Source: Tubiluchus corallicola
Lineage: Eukaryota; Animalia; Priapulida
Reading direction: 5' to 3'
NCBI GenBank assembly: GCA_030141605.1
Contig: JAQGDQ010000316.1
Span: 1 to 64,000 of the forward strand
DNA length: 64,000 nucleotides
Each line of letters opens with the position of its first letter. The first letter of the stretch is position 1. The translations under genes and the position numbers were made by a program. The notes under the pieces are model-generated. The model saw nothing but the letters and a program-made list of their open reading frames with translations. It searched no databases and had not been told where the DNA came from. This document shows, piece by piece, positions 36,801-51,600 of this stretch.

Positions 36801-39800
36801 GGGCAGTAGGGGGCAGTTTCCACTGATTTAAAATATTCTTATTTCTTAAAACCAAGGCTAGGTAAAAATGCCATGTAAGCAGGATCAGGACGGATTGCGG
36901 ATTTGAATTAATTTAGCAGAGCATTGCGGATCCGTGCTAATAGCAAAATGTGGATTTTCACCGGATCTCGGATCTCAAAATTGCAGAACAAATTAGTCAA
37001 TCCCCTCATCGCTGATTCTAACACCATTTACAGTTCAAAACGATTTTTGCCAGTAAACCTGTTCAAAAAGCAAATCCAAAGCGATATTATGAAAGAAGAG
37101 ACTTTCATAGAAAAAGTATTTAAGTAAAACTCACTTTTAAAGTTAAACAAGGCTTTCTTTGCTTCTCTTCTATTTCCGTTTTCCAAGACAACAGCAGCTA
37201 TAGAAATGTTGTACTCCGTTTGCGGCTTCAAATTGTTGATTACGAAGCTGTAATTCATGGGTGACTGTACAACATTGACGTAACCCCGCGGATTCCAATT
37301 TGGCATGTCTTCAGCAAGGTACAGATTGAATTTTTTTATTTTTTTATTCTAAAAATACAAAGTGCTCTGATTATTATTCAGGAAGTGACAAAGTGCTATG
37401 TTAGTTGTACAAATGTATCATATTTGCAACAAGACAGGTGGTGTAGTTTATGTTGCAAACAGGGTCATCTTAGTGCATCAGCACGCTGGGTAGTTGCCCG
37501 AGCCCCCCCCCCCACAAGCGTACAGGCCCTATGCTAGTCTATGTTTGATGTGACTTGCTGTTGATAAATAAATGCAGTAAGTGCCGCTTAATAGGCTCAC
37601 TTTGGGACGGAAGTGTTTTGACACAATTATGGACTGAGTCAATTAGCCAATGGGTTTAGTATATCATACAAATTACACAGGGTTTAGCCTATACAAGTAT
37701 GAATCTTCACTCAAGAATGCACTGCAAGGGCTTTAAATGAATCCTAGAATCTAATTAATGTCAAAAACATCTACGTGCAATTATTTAAGAAGCATAATTA
37801 ATATAACTGAATTAATAAAAACAGAAAAAATCGTTTATTACCATTAAAAATTACAAAAATTCAAGCAAGGTCGGTTGCTTCATTCCTTCGTGAAGAAGTT
37901 GGTTTATGAAATTCTGATAGTGATAAAAACATTGAAAATCTGCACTGCATACTGCACATATTCAAGAAAAATGTGATAAATATGATAAATGTACTCTACC
38001 TACTTACACAAACAAAGCTGTATCCAACATGGCTGTTTCTACGTATATTATTGTGCACAAAAGCGATATAAGGATCGCGTAAAAGCTCTTTGGGTACCCA
38101 TAAGTTCTTATTTTAAGTGCGTGAAGAAAAAAACTGAGTAAATTATGCGGAGCTGTTTGAGTCAACTACACACAGTTTTATGTACATTTTTATAGTCAAT
38201 TAAGCGATTGAGTCCGTGTCTAATAAACAGCGCTTACTGTACTTATGCCGAGCACCTTTGCTTTACACAATCTTTCTGGGGAGCTCTATCGACACATTAT
38301 GTAGAATTTTTTCAAACAAAAGCACACTACATGAACAACAATGACAACATCATAGTCAAGTGACTAATCAAATACATTTCATACCTGTATCGAATAGTCA
38401 TCAAATTTGACCGAAACACTGGACATGTCCAAGTATTCCACGTGCATATTTTGTACGTAAGGATGTGCTGAAAATAAATTTGAAATAAATAAAATAAACA
38501 GCAATAAACGAAACCTGCAGAAATAATTGTCATATGTAATTTTTCAATATTTCATAGAACTAGCTGCATGAAAGTTTCCAACACTGTCAACTCTTGGGTA
38601 TGAAATTCTCATATTCTTGCAGAAGATGCTCTCTTGCTGAAGTTTTATCACTGCAAACCAAAGCAGACACTTTGTATTTGGAAACCAAAATAATCATTTT
38701 GAAGCCTGTAATTCAACCGCATGTTTCAGATGCATCCGCTCATGAACACCGAGTATTTTGAATTTTGGTGCATCATCCTTTGTCATCATCTTTTGAATTT
38801 AAACATCGTCTAAAATACTGAAATCATCTGAAATACTGCGCAAAATGCTAAAAATATCGAACTAAAAATAGTCAAGACAAGCAATAAACCCATAATACCC
38901 ATTTAATGAAACGTTTTCATATCAAAAGCATACGAAAAGAATTCAAATGAACTATTTACATGTACAAACAAAAATATTTTCCATAAAAAATTTTTGTATA
39001 ACGAGCTATTTATACAGATTATACAATGAATTTAAACATTTTAATTTACACATCATTGTGCTGACGTAATCAGTCAGAATGGTCACGTGACCGGCGATTG
39101 TTTCGGGACGCACGAGACTGTAGAAGACGGAGTAGGTGCGTTTTAAAACTCTGTCGCATTTTTTTAATTCTTTGATGTTTAAAACAGTTTATCATAATTG
39201 AATGCATTTTGTGTGTTTACTCTTTCTTTAATACACAATTATAACCTGTCGCTGAAGTGTTTGAATTCGTTTGTTGTTAAAAATTAATTGTCTAATTAGC
39301 ATTCTCTTCACAGTAGCTCTGAAGGTTGTGCGATGAGACAGGGCATCGCAATATTTAACTACATTATTGGAATGGCAAACATCAAAGAAAATAAAACAAA
39401 ATGTTCTGGAAAATTTGGTTAGATTGTTTTAATACGTGACGTGCATAACTCGTGTTTTGTACGTGATTTTTGAAACATCTATTATTATGTAAGATGCAAG
39501 GAAAATTTCTATTATTGCGGCCTTATAATTTAATTTATTTTTTTACCATTTGTCTAAACACAGTAAATCAGTATTTTTAATTATAATGAGTTTGTGATAA
39601 TAAACTTACTGCTACCGCTGCTGTTAATATTGCTGCTGGAAAATTTACCCTTGTGGTGCAGTACATTGTAAAAGAGTCGTTGAGTTAGTGCCGATGAACA
39701 AACACATAATAACAAGTTCAACAAGAATGAGTAATCAGCCGTACATGTATTAAGTTTAGGAAATCTTTGACTTTGAACGAACTTTTTGCTGGACCTGCAT

Positions 39801-42613
39801 TGGATACTCAACATCCGGCCAAATAAGCTATCAACATCCGGTGCAAGCCTAACAAATAGTTTCACAAATATCTGATATAATCTTTGTAACTTAACAAAAA
39901 AAATCAATACCATTGTCGGTTTCATAAACGCTGTAAAATTTCGGTCCGCCACAATAACCAAAGTTTTGCTTGCCAGTAAATGCACCGCCACAGGCGACGT
40001 CACATTTTTCATCTTCCTCATCGTGTTGAAACACGTCCTCCATGCTGCATACACACTGGTTGTACTTCACCAAGACAGCAAACATGAATGCTAAATACAA
40101 AGTAGATGTACGTTCAATTGTTATGAATACATCATGCTAATGCAGAGTAGATAAGCCACAGTATCTGTTAATTCAACTTGTCCACTTATAAATGTGAATA
40201 AGACTAAACTTGTCACGTTTCGCTCCGCCCACATGCAGCAGTTTACTTTTGGGTCTGTTGTTTTGCAGTGTAAAAGTTTTGTACCTAGTAAAAAGGAAAA
40301 ATATCTGGGTCATATTTTATCAGATGACAATAGAGATGATTTAGATATATTACGACAATGTTCAATTTACTATGGTAGAGCATATAAATTACTCATGAAA
40401 TTTACTCACTGTTCAGTTAACGTGAAGAGACAATTGTTTAATGCTTACTGCACTACTTTTTACTGTATGTCCACTTGGAGACATTTTTATTCTTACAATC
40501 TTAGCAAACTCAAGGTTGCATATAATGTATCAACACGGAAGCTGTTTAATTTTTCATATGATACGAGCGCTAGATATATTTCTACTAGACTTAACATTAT
40601 TTAGTTTGATGTTATTCACAGAAAATGTGCATACAGTTTATACATCAGGCTGAATAACAGTGAAAATTTTATATGCAAGAACATTTTAAACAGTGATGCA
40701 AACTTTACTTCTGTAATTAGATGTCATTGGTGTAGTTTGTTATATCGTTAATTGTTATTTGTGTTATTGTTGCGCGTCATGATTTATTGCATTATTTGTA
40801 TTAATTTGTGATGTGTATATGAACTTTGTAAAGTTTGAAATAAAATATTAAATCTAAATCTAAAATCTAAATAATGTATCTGCTAACGTAACTTTGTACT
40901 GATTTCTAATAAGATTGATAATTAAAATAAAAAACAGAAAATAAATTAAAAAACTGGTTGTCATTTCAGCCGATTAGCGACTGCAGTTTTCAGGTGGGAC
41001 ACAAAATATTAAAACTGATTTCTTTACGTTTGTTTTGGGTGTATTCAGTGTTCTGTTGTTTAACATGTTTTATAATTAAATAAAAAATGTATTTATTGAT
41101 CACTTATGTAATCTTATTGTTTTTCTCATGCTCTTCACCTGAGAGTAATCCATTGTGGCGGACTGAACATTGTGCCTCATTTCATTATAATGTTTAAAAA
41201 TTTTATCGGATTTGATTTGCATTGAAAATTTTTTGAAACATAACTTAACATTGCCTTTTCTTCCCCTCATTTACATTTGCGTAAGCGACGTCATGTAATG
41301 GTGACTTCGGAACAGTATTGCGGGAGATTTAAAATGATAGCAAACAAAAATTCCCTTCAACGCAAGCGCTATATATGCATGAAAACGCAGTCAAGTAATA
41401 TTATTTTTTGCGGCGATTTTTCTGAAACCTACTTCTTTTCTTGTCCTTTAAGTTAAAAACGTTAAATTTTCCCTTCTTGATGAAATATCCACCACATGGA
41501 TTTTTGGCATGTAACTGAATGTACAGCTGAACATGCAGACAAAAAGATTGTGTAAATTCACATGCGGCTCCTGACCGTGTTTCTGTCGAACACTCTTTTG
41601 ATAAGCCCTGATGAAATTATCGGAATCTACCTGACGAAAAAATCGTAAAACAATTCTCGGACTACGTATGTGTTTGTAAATACATGTGTTGTTATTTCCT
41701 GCACTCTAGCTTGTCTAACATTTACACGATTTCAACTTCACAGGTTTTTCAACGTCTAGTACATATATATATATATATATATTATCTATACTCTTATATT
41801 AATATTCTTTGTATGGGCTTAATTTATTTATATATAATTTTCGAGGCTACAGCCCGGACGAGGGCACCATTTGCGGCGATCTATATACCAAACGAAAGGT
41901 CTCGATCTAGTGTCGTGCCATTGATGGTTTATTTTTCGAATCGGGCCTACCAGGAGGGGGGGGGCGAAAAACCTCCAAAAATGGCCCTTTTTCGGCCGTT
42001 TTTTGCAAAAGTTATACGACTGAGATGTAGAGAACGGGAACGGGCCGAGGGGGGTGCTGGATATGGATGGATAGCCCGTTCAGCGGTGGGTGTAGTAGGC
42101 ATATTTAGAATTCCCGAGAGGGCCAGGGCGCCCCGCAATGGGCGTTTTCCCGGACCCAACTCGCGATTTTTACGAAATTTTGACCAAACAGCATGCGGGA
42201 AAAACGTTCTAGCGTCGCCCGGTGGGACTGTAGGAAGGAGATATGGGGCTCTTTACAAAGAGGAAGGCCAGGGCTACACGATGATGTGGGCTATATGTTA
42301 GGGCAGGTCCACCGAGAGGAGTACCGACGAGTTAATTAGAGGTTCTATTTTTCGCAATTTTCACTTAGAAAACTGCTGACGCAAAACCATTGTTCTGACG
42401 TCATCCATTGTATTCTGTCTATAATCTTATAGCTTTAATTCAGCAAAAAGCTGCTTTGCAACATACAGTAGGCAGGAGTAAACGCTGCTGGCTTTGCGTT
42501 AGGTAAGTAGGCAGGATGTTACGGGCTTTGTGTTATGAGGACTAGGTAGGATGTTCGCGTGTTATTGCTTATACGTGGTTTTTTACGCAAAATCTTTTGC
42601 GGAGCCTTTGCTA

Positions 42614-42652
<39 letters not shown>

Positions 42653-45600
42653 TATGTAGAATATATATATATATACACACAAACATATATACCACACGTC
42701 TTTTGTTCTGGCTAATCATCTAAATTAAATTAATGTTGAAAAATAAGTGTGTGTTTTTGTTACTATCTTGTGGAACTTGCACCTTAAATTAGATCCGCAC
42801 CCCAGACGTGTTTTATAATAATATTTTCATATATATGCCATGTATACCGAAATGACATTAATTTTTGTTTGCAGCAACCACGAATAGGCAGGAACCAAAA
42901 AATGACATAGTTAGAGCAACTTCAGAGGTACACAATGGCTTCCTGCACAATTTTCTCGTGTATTCTCAAGTATTTTCGTGTACCTAAATCTTCTATGTAA
43001 ACAAAGTACCCTGCAATGCAAGATCATAAATTGTATCCGACAATATGCCAGTATCCACAGAAAATCTTCTCCAAAATAAAAGGAAACTAAAAGTAAAACT
43101 AGCCAAAAATGTAAACATTAAACATTTACTTCGTTTACGACAATAACACATTGGATAATCTGCTAGACTTTCCATCTTGCTTAAGGCAACAATGCGTACA
43201 CATGATGGGAAACATATCAAGCAATGCAATTACCTTTCTTATGGCAGTAATGAACACACATCGTTGGAGACATGGTTTGCAACTCAAGGGATGTGTCATC
43301 TCTCAAGTAATAGTTCAATTTAGCTGAGAAACAACCTCTCTTCCACAAGCTCCCAGGCAGTGGTGCTACAAATACAAGCATCAAACTTCAAGCCTCTTAT
43401 ATGTCAATTTCTATTAAAATAAAAGCAAGCTAGCAATCAGAGAGATAGTTCAGAAATCAGTCAGAGATCAGAAAAGTTTTAATGAGAGGAAAGTTAGTTC
43501 TTTACAAAAGAAGCACCAGTGTTACAACTCACAACTATTAAGATATAATTACAACAAGAATCGAAGGGCGTATAATGCTAAAAGTGCAATTTTGCATGTA
43601 AGACAGATCATATCTAAGTGGTCTTATAATGTGACCAAAGAGCAGAATTATCATGTGTATTATTTGTGAAAGATATTGTGAATGCAGTCGAGTGTAAACA
43701 TTTTGAATTTTTGAACAGAAATGAACGTAATCTGATACTAGAATGGCTATGTCAAAATTAAGTTATGAATTATTTTTATTGTACTCCCTTTGACTAACTG
43801 CTGTATTAATTATTGTTTAAATAATTATAATGTGCAAATATTCACACCAGGTTGCTTGAGCTGTGAGTGCACTATCCATGTTACTTGCACAAAGAATGAG
43901 TTCATTGGACTATGCAGGACTTTTCTTGTCTTTGTTTTGGTGTCGGCCATCCTCAGAAATTTCGGTATAGCATCGATAATAATGCCACAAAAACAATGAG
44001 AATCATTGGATAACAACACGGTGCCTTTTTGCTGCTGTGTTTCATAAAATATTTGTGATAAAATACTGTATTTTAGTTTGTGCGTGACATTTTGCTCTCG
44101 ATCAATTGAATTACTGTTCAATCGCAGATAATATCGATTTATAGACGGCTATATTCTCAATTAATCTATTAATTGCCCATGACTAGTTGCCATACTTCTG
44201 CTATCTAAGATTCAAGATAAATATTATCATAAAAATGTCAGAAAATGAGTGCATAATGCTTTGATAATTTAGAAAAGTTTTGAAATTGTCCGTTTTTTCA
44301 AATAAAAAAGCCTCTAATTAAGTAACACCCTCGATCATGACGGAAACCACAAATGCACAGTAACATATTTCCAGAAGACAAGTCGCAGATGGTCTATTTC
44401 TGTTTTCAAAGGTTTCCCTTATTGATGGCGACAGTGTTGCTGAGTTGACTGAGATCTTGGATATAATATGAAAACCAAAGCGATAAGTTGCGCACTTTCG
44501 TCTCTCACAGCAATAATTGCTTGTTGGCAAATGGCAAATATAAGTACTGCTAATTTGTTTTAAAGTGTTAAATGCATTGTTACAGGTGTTTACTTACTGA
44601 AAATTTTGTTTTCATCTTCAGAGTTAGTGTTTGTGTACGGGCGAAGGTAATGGCACCGAGACATCAGGATGCAAAATAAATTATGCCACTGATAGTATAG
44701 GTGCTTGCTAGAGGGGGGAGCACTAAACGTTTGAATTCAAACAAGTTTTTTTTTAGTTCAATTCAATTCAAACCTAGCACTTTGGATTCCAATTACTTAG
44801 CACTTCAACTATATATGATCTTTTTCATTAAAAAGTTTGAAACGTCACACGATGAGAGATAATTTCTGTACATAATTTTTAAACAAATTATTAGTACCGT
44901 ATTTTCCCGTGTATAAGAGACCCTTTTTTGCTCAGAATTTTCACTTTAAAAATAGGGGGTCTCTTATACACGGGAGTAAGTCTTTTCAATCAGATGCATA
45001 AATTGTGACACTAATGATTTTAAAGAAATAAGTGCTCTACAACTGTTTTATTTCGAATAATTATAGTTTCCTTTCAATAAATCTTCTCCATGGCTAAATT
45101 CTAATGATAAAATTATTAATATTAATCACGAAGTGGATGCAAGATGCCGACTCCAATCTGACACCAACTGGCAAGATAAGAAAGCCAACCCTTGGAGAAG
45201 TCTGCAGCTGGGTCCTCAAGGCATGGAATGGTGTAAAGCCAGAGGTCATTATTAAATCTTTCAAGAAGTGTGGCATCTCCAATGCCATGGACGGCACAGA
45301 GGACAATGCCATTTTTGAGCAGAGTGACTCCTCTGATGATGAACTGGCTGGAATTGCAGTTGATATTTTTGATGAGAGTGATGAGGAATTTAATGATTTC
45401 TATGATGAATAAAGTTATTCATTACCAAAAAACTTTTTTCCAGAATTTTTGCCTAAAAATTGAAGGGGTCTCTTATACACAAGGGTCTCTTATACACGGG
45501 AAAATACGGTAGTTCTATTGCAAGCCTTTTAATATGCACAATCTTAGTAAGGCTAATTTTTGTTGGTGGTTCGAAAACTTGTTTGAAAATCTTTCAATCT

Positions 45601-48600
45601 GAATTCGAATTAGAAATACTGAAATTCCGTTCGATTCGAATTCGGAATTCACAAATCCGATTTGAATTCCATTTGCTTTCTAGCAGAGAATGCTCACCCC
45701 TAGTGCTTGGGGTTTCATTTTTAATTAGTTAGATTTTCTAATGACCAGTCAATTTCATAAATCATATTCTTACCGTTAGTGGAATGGACCTGCATGCTGG
45801 CATTTCCCCCACAAGTTTCGCAAAACCCCTTACAACTGCTTGAACACAACATACTACAAGGCATATCTGAAAAGCCAGAACTGCCATAGGTGTTGCCACA
45901 CCCACAGTACTTCTGCTCCCACATGCCAGCGTATGCCCATCCGTCTTGCTCACAAAAGCTCACACACTTGTCAACAGACATGGAAGAGTTTGTGAATGTA
46001 TTTTCCTGCATTTCCACTGCATTGGTCATTTTCCAGCAGCCCAAGGTGTTGCTGGTAGAATCTATCAAATTAAGAAAACAGAAAGTTTGAAAAAAAAGAC
46101 AGTGCTCTTCTGAGATTTGTCATGTTCATAATCATAAAAGAAGAATGGACTTCATCAGCTGCACATAAAGTTTCTATGCAGCTGATGAAGTCTGAGAGGA
46201 TGAAAGCTTCTGAAAAAATGAAGAATTTTTTCATAAATCAGGGAGCGTTTCTTCACAAATATTACGCACAGTAATTGACTTGACCAGAAGGCAATTTTAA
46301 ATTTTCTTATATTAAAATTTAAATTAGAGCAGAGTTAGATTTTACTCATGGCCAAAATACTGTGTCCTTAACACAATAATCTAAGCTTATTTGACCAGTC
46401 AGCCGTCTCAAAGTTGAATAGGTAGACCTCGTCGGCTCAAAGAACTTAAGTAGTTCACACTTTCCTCTAAAATGAAAAGGAAATCACCTATTGCAAATAT
46501 TCTATTACGGTGTCCTTTAATTAAGAATTAAATAATGTTTAGCAGAATATTGATGTTAAACGATACAATGTGATAGTTTTTTCCAATGATATAATAATGA
46601 CAATCTATTCTTTACACGATAAAATACGATATGATAAAGTATTTCGTACGACGAAAACTATATTGAGGTTCGAGAACTTGATGTAACAACAGGAAAAATA
46701 TTTTTAACAATTAAAATGATTAAGTCTTCAGTGCACTGAGCACTGTTTCTTTAAATGGCTAGAACAGTTAACACAAGTTTGTTTGCCATAATGATTCATA
46801 AATAAATAAGCTGCGACAGACGAACGTATTACCGTGATAAAAATATTTACAGTTGCACATGACTGGGAAAGTGACACTAAAAATACAGTACAGTGTATAT
46901 GACATCCGCGTGTCAGTGTGAGAGTGTATAAAGTGGTCTCTATACTTTGTCAGTGTATATGACATCTGCGTGTCAGTGTGAGAGTGTATAAAGTGGTCTC
47001 TATACTTTGTCAGTGTATATGACATCCGCGTGTCAGTGTGAGAGTGTATAAAGTGGTCTCTATACTTTGTCAGTGTATATGACATCCGCGTGTCAGTGTG
47101 AGAGTGTATAAAGTGGTCTCTATACTTTGTCAGTAGGATTCAGAATGGAAATAGACAGGCAAATGTAGAAGAAAATGATTCTGTATTTGACAAGCTTATA
47201 AGTATAAATAATTCTTTTTATCCAATTTTTTGGGAATTACTGTGACTAAATAGAACAGCAAAGTGTAAAAAATAACATAATGGTAAACGATAAGCAACGA
47301 TATACATGTTAAATTCAATACGATAACAACATTCCTAGAATAATATTGAAACGATAACGACAAAAACATATGATACGTATCATTGTCGTTAACATCCCCA
47401 CAGCAGAACTCCCGATCTAAAAGAGAATGGCGCAAAAGATGAAGTAGTCGGGTTGCGTTTTTCTAGCATAAACGCCAGTGTAATTCTTGCTGTGAAAATG
47501 CCATTAACTGTAGTTCTTTTAGTCTAATATTAAAATTTCAAGGCTAAACACACGTTTTAGTGCCGGTGTTTATTTCTGCCTGTTGTGAATTACATACATT
47601 GAAGCTCAGTTATTGGTCCCGCCACGGGACAGCAACGTTATCAAGCTCTGATTGGTCCCGCCACGGGACAGCAACGCTATCAAGCTCTGATTGGTCCCGT
47701 CACGGGCAGCAATGCTATCAAGCTCTGATTGGTCCCGCCACGGGACAGCAACGTTATCAAGCTCTGATTCGTCCCGTCACGGGCAGCAATGCTATCAAGC
47801 TCTGATTGGTTCCACCACGGGACAGCAACGCTATCAAGCTCTGATTGGTTCCACCACGGGACAGCAACGCTATCAAGCTCTGATTGGTCCCACCACGGGA
47901 CAGCAATGCTATCAAGCTCTGATTGGTCCTGCCACGGGACAGCAATGCTATCAAGCTCTGATTGGTCCCACCACGAGACAGCAACGCTATCAAGCTCTGA
48001 TTGGTCCTGCCACGGGACAGCAATGCTATCAAGCTCTGATTGGTCCCACCATGGGACAGCAATGCTATCAAGTTCTGATTGGTCCCACCACTGGACAGCA
48101 ATGCTATCAAGCTCTGATTGGTCCCACCACGGGACAGCAACGCTATCAAGCTCTGATTTGTGCCACCACGGGACAGCAACGCTATCAAGCTCTGATTGGT
48201 CCCACCACGGGACAGCAACGCTATCAAGCTCTGATTGGTCCTGCCACGGGACAGCAATGCTATCAAGCTCTGATTGGTCCCACCACGGGACAGCAACATT
48301 ATCAAGCTCTGATTGGTCCCGCCACGGGACAGCAATGCTATCAAGCTCTGATTTGTCCCCCACGGGACAGCAACGCTATCAAGCTCTGATTTGTCCCGCC
48401 ACGAGACAGCAACGTTATCAAGCTCTGATTCGTCCCGTCACGGGCAGCAATGCTATCAAGCTCTGATTGGTTCCACCACGGGACAGCAACGCTATCAAGC
48501 TCTGATTGGTTCCACCACGGGACAGCAACGCTATCAAGCTCTGATTGGTTCCACCACGGGACAGCAACGCTATCAAGCTCTGATTGGTCCCGCCACGGGA

Positions 48601-51600
48601 CAGAAACGTTATCAAGCTCTGATTGGTCCCACCAAGGGACAGCAACGCTATCAAGCTCTGATTTGTCCCACCACGGGACAGCAATGCTATCAAGCTCTGA
48701 TTTGTCCCACCACGGGACAGCAACGCTATCAAGCTCTGATTTGTTCCACCACGGGCTGCAACGCTATCAAGCTCTGATTTGTCCCGCCAAGGGACAGCAA
48801 CGCTATCAAGCTCTGATTTGTCCCGCCACGCTACAGCAAGGTTATCAAGCTCTGATTGGTCCCACCACGGGACAGCAACGCTATCAAGCTCTGATTGGTC
48901 CCACCACGGGACAGCAACGCTATCAAGCTCTGATTTGTCCCACCACGGGACAGCAACGCTATCAAGCTCTGATTTGTCCCACCACGGGACAGCAACGCTA
49001 TCAAGCTCTGATTGGTCCCGCCACGGGACAGCAACGCTATCAAGCTCTGATTGGTCCTGCCACGGGACAGCAATGCTATCAAGCTCTGATTGGTCCCACC
49101 ACGGGACAGCAACGTTATCAAGCTCTGATTGGTCCCGCCACGGGACAGCAATGCTATCAAGCTCTGATTTGTCCCCCACGGGACTGCAACGCTATCAAGC
49201 TCTGATTTGTCCCGCCACGGGACAGCAACGTTATCAAGCTCTGATTGGTCCCGCCACGGGACAGCAACGCTATCAAGCTCTGATTTGTCCCCCACGGGAC
49301 AGCAACGCTATCAAGCTCTGATATGTCCGCCACGGGACAGCAACGTTATTAAGCTCTGATTTGTCCCACCAAGGGACAGCAACGCTATCAAGCTCTGATT
49401 TGTCCGCCACGGGACAGCAACGTTATCAAGCTCTGATTTGTCCCACCACGGGACAGCAACGCTATCAAGCTCTGATATGTCCGCCACGGGACAGCAACGT
49501 TATCAAGCTCTGATTTGTCCCACCACGGGACAGCAACGCTATCAAGCTCTGATTGGTTCCACCACGGGGCGGGCTGCAATGCTATCAAGCTCTGATTTGT
49601 CCTACCACGGGACAGCAACGCTATCAGGCTCTGATTTGTCCCACCATGGGACAGCAACGCTATCAAGCTCTGATTGGTCCCACCACGGGACAGCAACGCT
49701 ATCAAGGTCTGATTTGTCCCACCACGGGACAGGAATGCTATCAAGCTCTGATTGGTCCCACCACGGGACAGCAACGCTATCAAGCTCTGATTGGTCCCGC
49801 CACGGGACAGCAATGCTATCAAGCTCTGATTGCTCCCGCCACGGGACAGCAATGCTATCAAGTTCTGATTGGTCCCACCACGGGACAGCAATGCTATCAA
49901 GATCTGATTGGTCCCGCCAATACAAACATGCCAAACAGCCAGAGTGACACAAAAGTTCTAAACTGAAACAAAGGGCTAAAGTTTGAACAGTTTTCACAAA
50001 ACTAAAACTTTCAAACTAATTTAACTGTTGTCAGTGGATATTGTACCTTACATCATCATCATACGCCCGTCACGTCTATTGTAGACATTGGGCAGGCAGA
50101 ATTCTAAAATAAAAGAAATCTGCCTTCAGACAGGTAAACGCTACAGTAATCCAGCAAAAAAAAAGAAAGGAAAAAGTTTTTTGCTAGATTGTACCTTACG
50201 TACTTACTAATACATTCAGGCAACATGCAACATCTTTGAATGCGACAGTTCTGAGTTCGCAAGTCAATTCATCTGAAGCATGAAGGCTTCTTTCAAGTTT
50301 AGCACTAATACAGAAGTGAAGCAACGCTGATATGGAAGAAAGAATTAACTTAAAGAAGAACGCAAACTCATCTTAACAACGTAAAAGCTTATAGCACATA
50401 CTTTTACAGCAAATGTCTGTTTCGTTTTATATTTTGCTAAGCCAGTTAGTATTATTATTATTATTAGGGGGGCAGTGGTGTCGGGGAGATTGTATAGGAT
50501 GGAGAAATCCCACCCCCCGACACTTTGCTGAGGCCTTCAACAGGCCCATTGCAATTATTCACTGCTATACGTCTATTGGTCGTACTCGGCAAGCCTTCCA
50601 GCTTGCTTCAGATACGCCGCTAGTTTTTTCAGGTTTAAATTCTCTACAACTGCTCTAAGTGTTGTATTTTTATTTCCCAGACATTTGATACGAGCACCCT
50701 GGTAGGCGGTGCATCGTCCCACGTGATGGTCCGGTGTTTCGTCTTCCTGACCACATTTCGGGCAAATCGCGGATTGTGCTCGACAAGTGGTTTTTTTATG
50801 TTTTTGGAGATTACAGTGTCCGGTTAGGACCTGTATAACCATGTTGAGTTGAGTTCTACTGAGACTCAGGAGCCTATTGCAGACTCGGGCCGAGGCCCAG
50901 CCCACATGTTCCTTTGTTCTCTTGCAGTCCTCACGATTATTCCACGACGTTTCCCATCGTTTTAGACTCCATCCCTTAATCGCGTAGACACAGCTAGCGT
51001 AAGGGACGGGCAGATAGGGTTCTGGTCCCTCCGGAGAGAGCTCAGATCCCTTTTTAGCAAGTTTGTCCGCCTCTTCGTTACCATGTACTCCTTCGTGTCC
51101 AGGAATCCATGTAACCAAGACTCGGTTTCTTTTTCCAAGTATGTTCAAGTTTTCAACACATCGTAAAACCGATATAGATTTTACTGTATTGTTTTCCGTA
51201 GCTTTAATAGCCGCCTGGCTGTCTGACAGGATGACTATTGATTGATTCTGGAGTCCTTCCGAAGACATTATCTCCGCCGCTTGTGATATGGCGAAAACTT
51301 CTGCCTGGAAAACAGTACTCAATTTCCCAAGATAGAAGAACTGCTCCAATACTCTGGACTCAGTCGGATACTCGATACGTATACCTGCACCGATCCTTCC
51401 GTCCAGTTTGGAACCATCGGTATAACACCTGACACAGTTCCTATCCATTTCGCCTTCCGATTTGATAGCGATTTCTCTTTCCTGAATCTGGCATTCGAAA
51501 TTTCTTTCGAACACGCGTGTTCTTTTTCTTAAATCACCTGGCATATGCAACAGTTGGAGGTCGCGCCTATAGCTATTGCACACATCGATATGACTTTTAG

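Noticed and set aside
41684-42301. 205-aa ORF and related ORFs at 57776, 58581, 60162
   Set aside because: They lie in a non-coding GC-richer repeat; frames and stops are not conserved between copies.
43825-44121. ORF containing HCFCG as another WSC exon
   Set aside because: No other WSC cysteines or clear splice boundaries; flanking exons already join in phase.
47560-49997. Long repetitive ORFs on both strands
   Set aside because: Artefacts of a 39-bp (13-codon) satellite with frequent frameshifting indels; the same applies to ORFs at 2725-3795, 19023-19644, 22249-22724 and 58832-59780.
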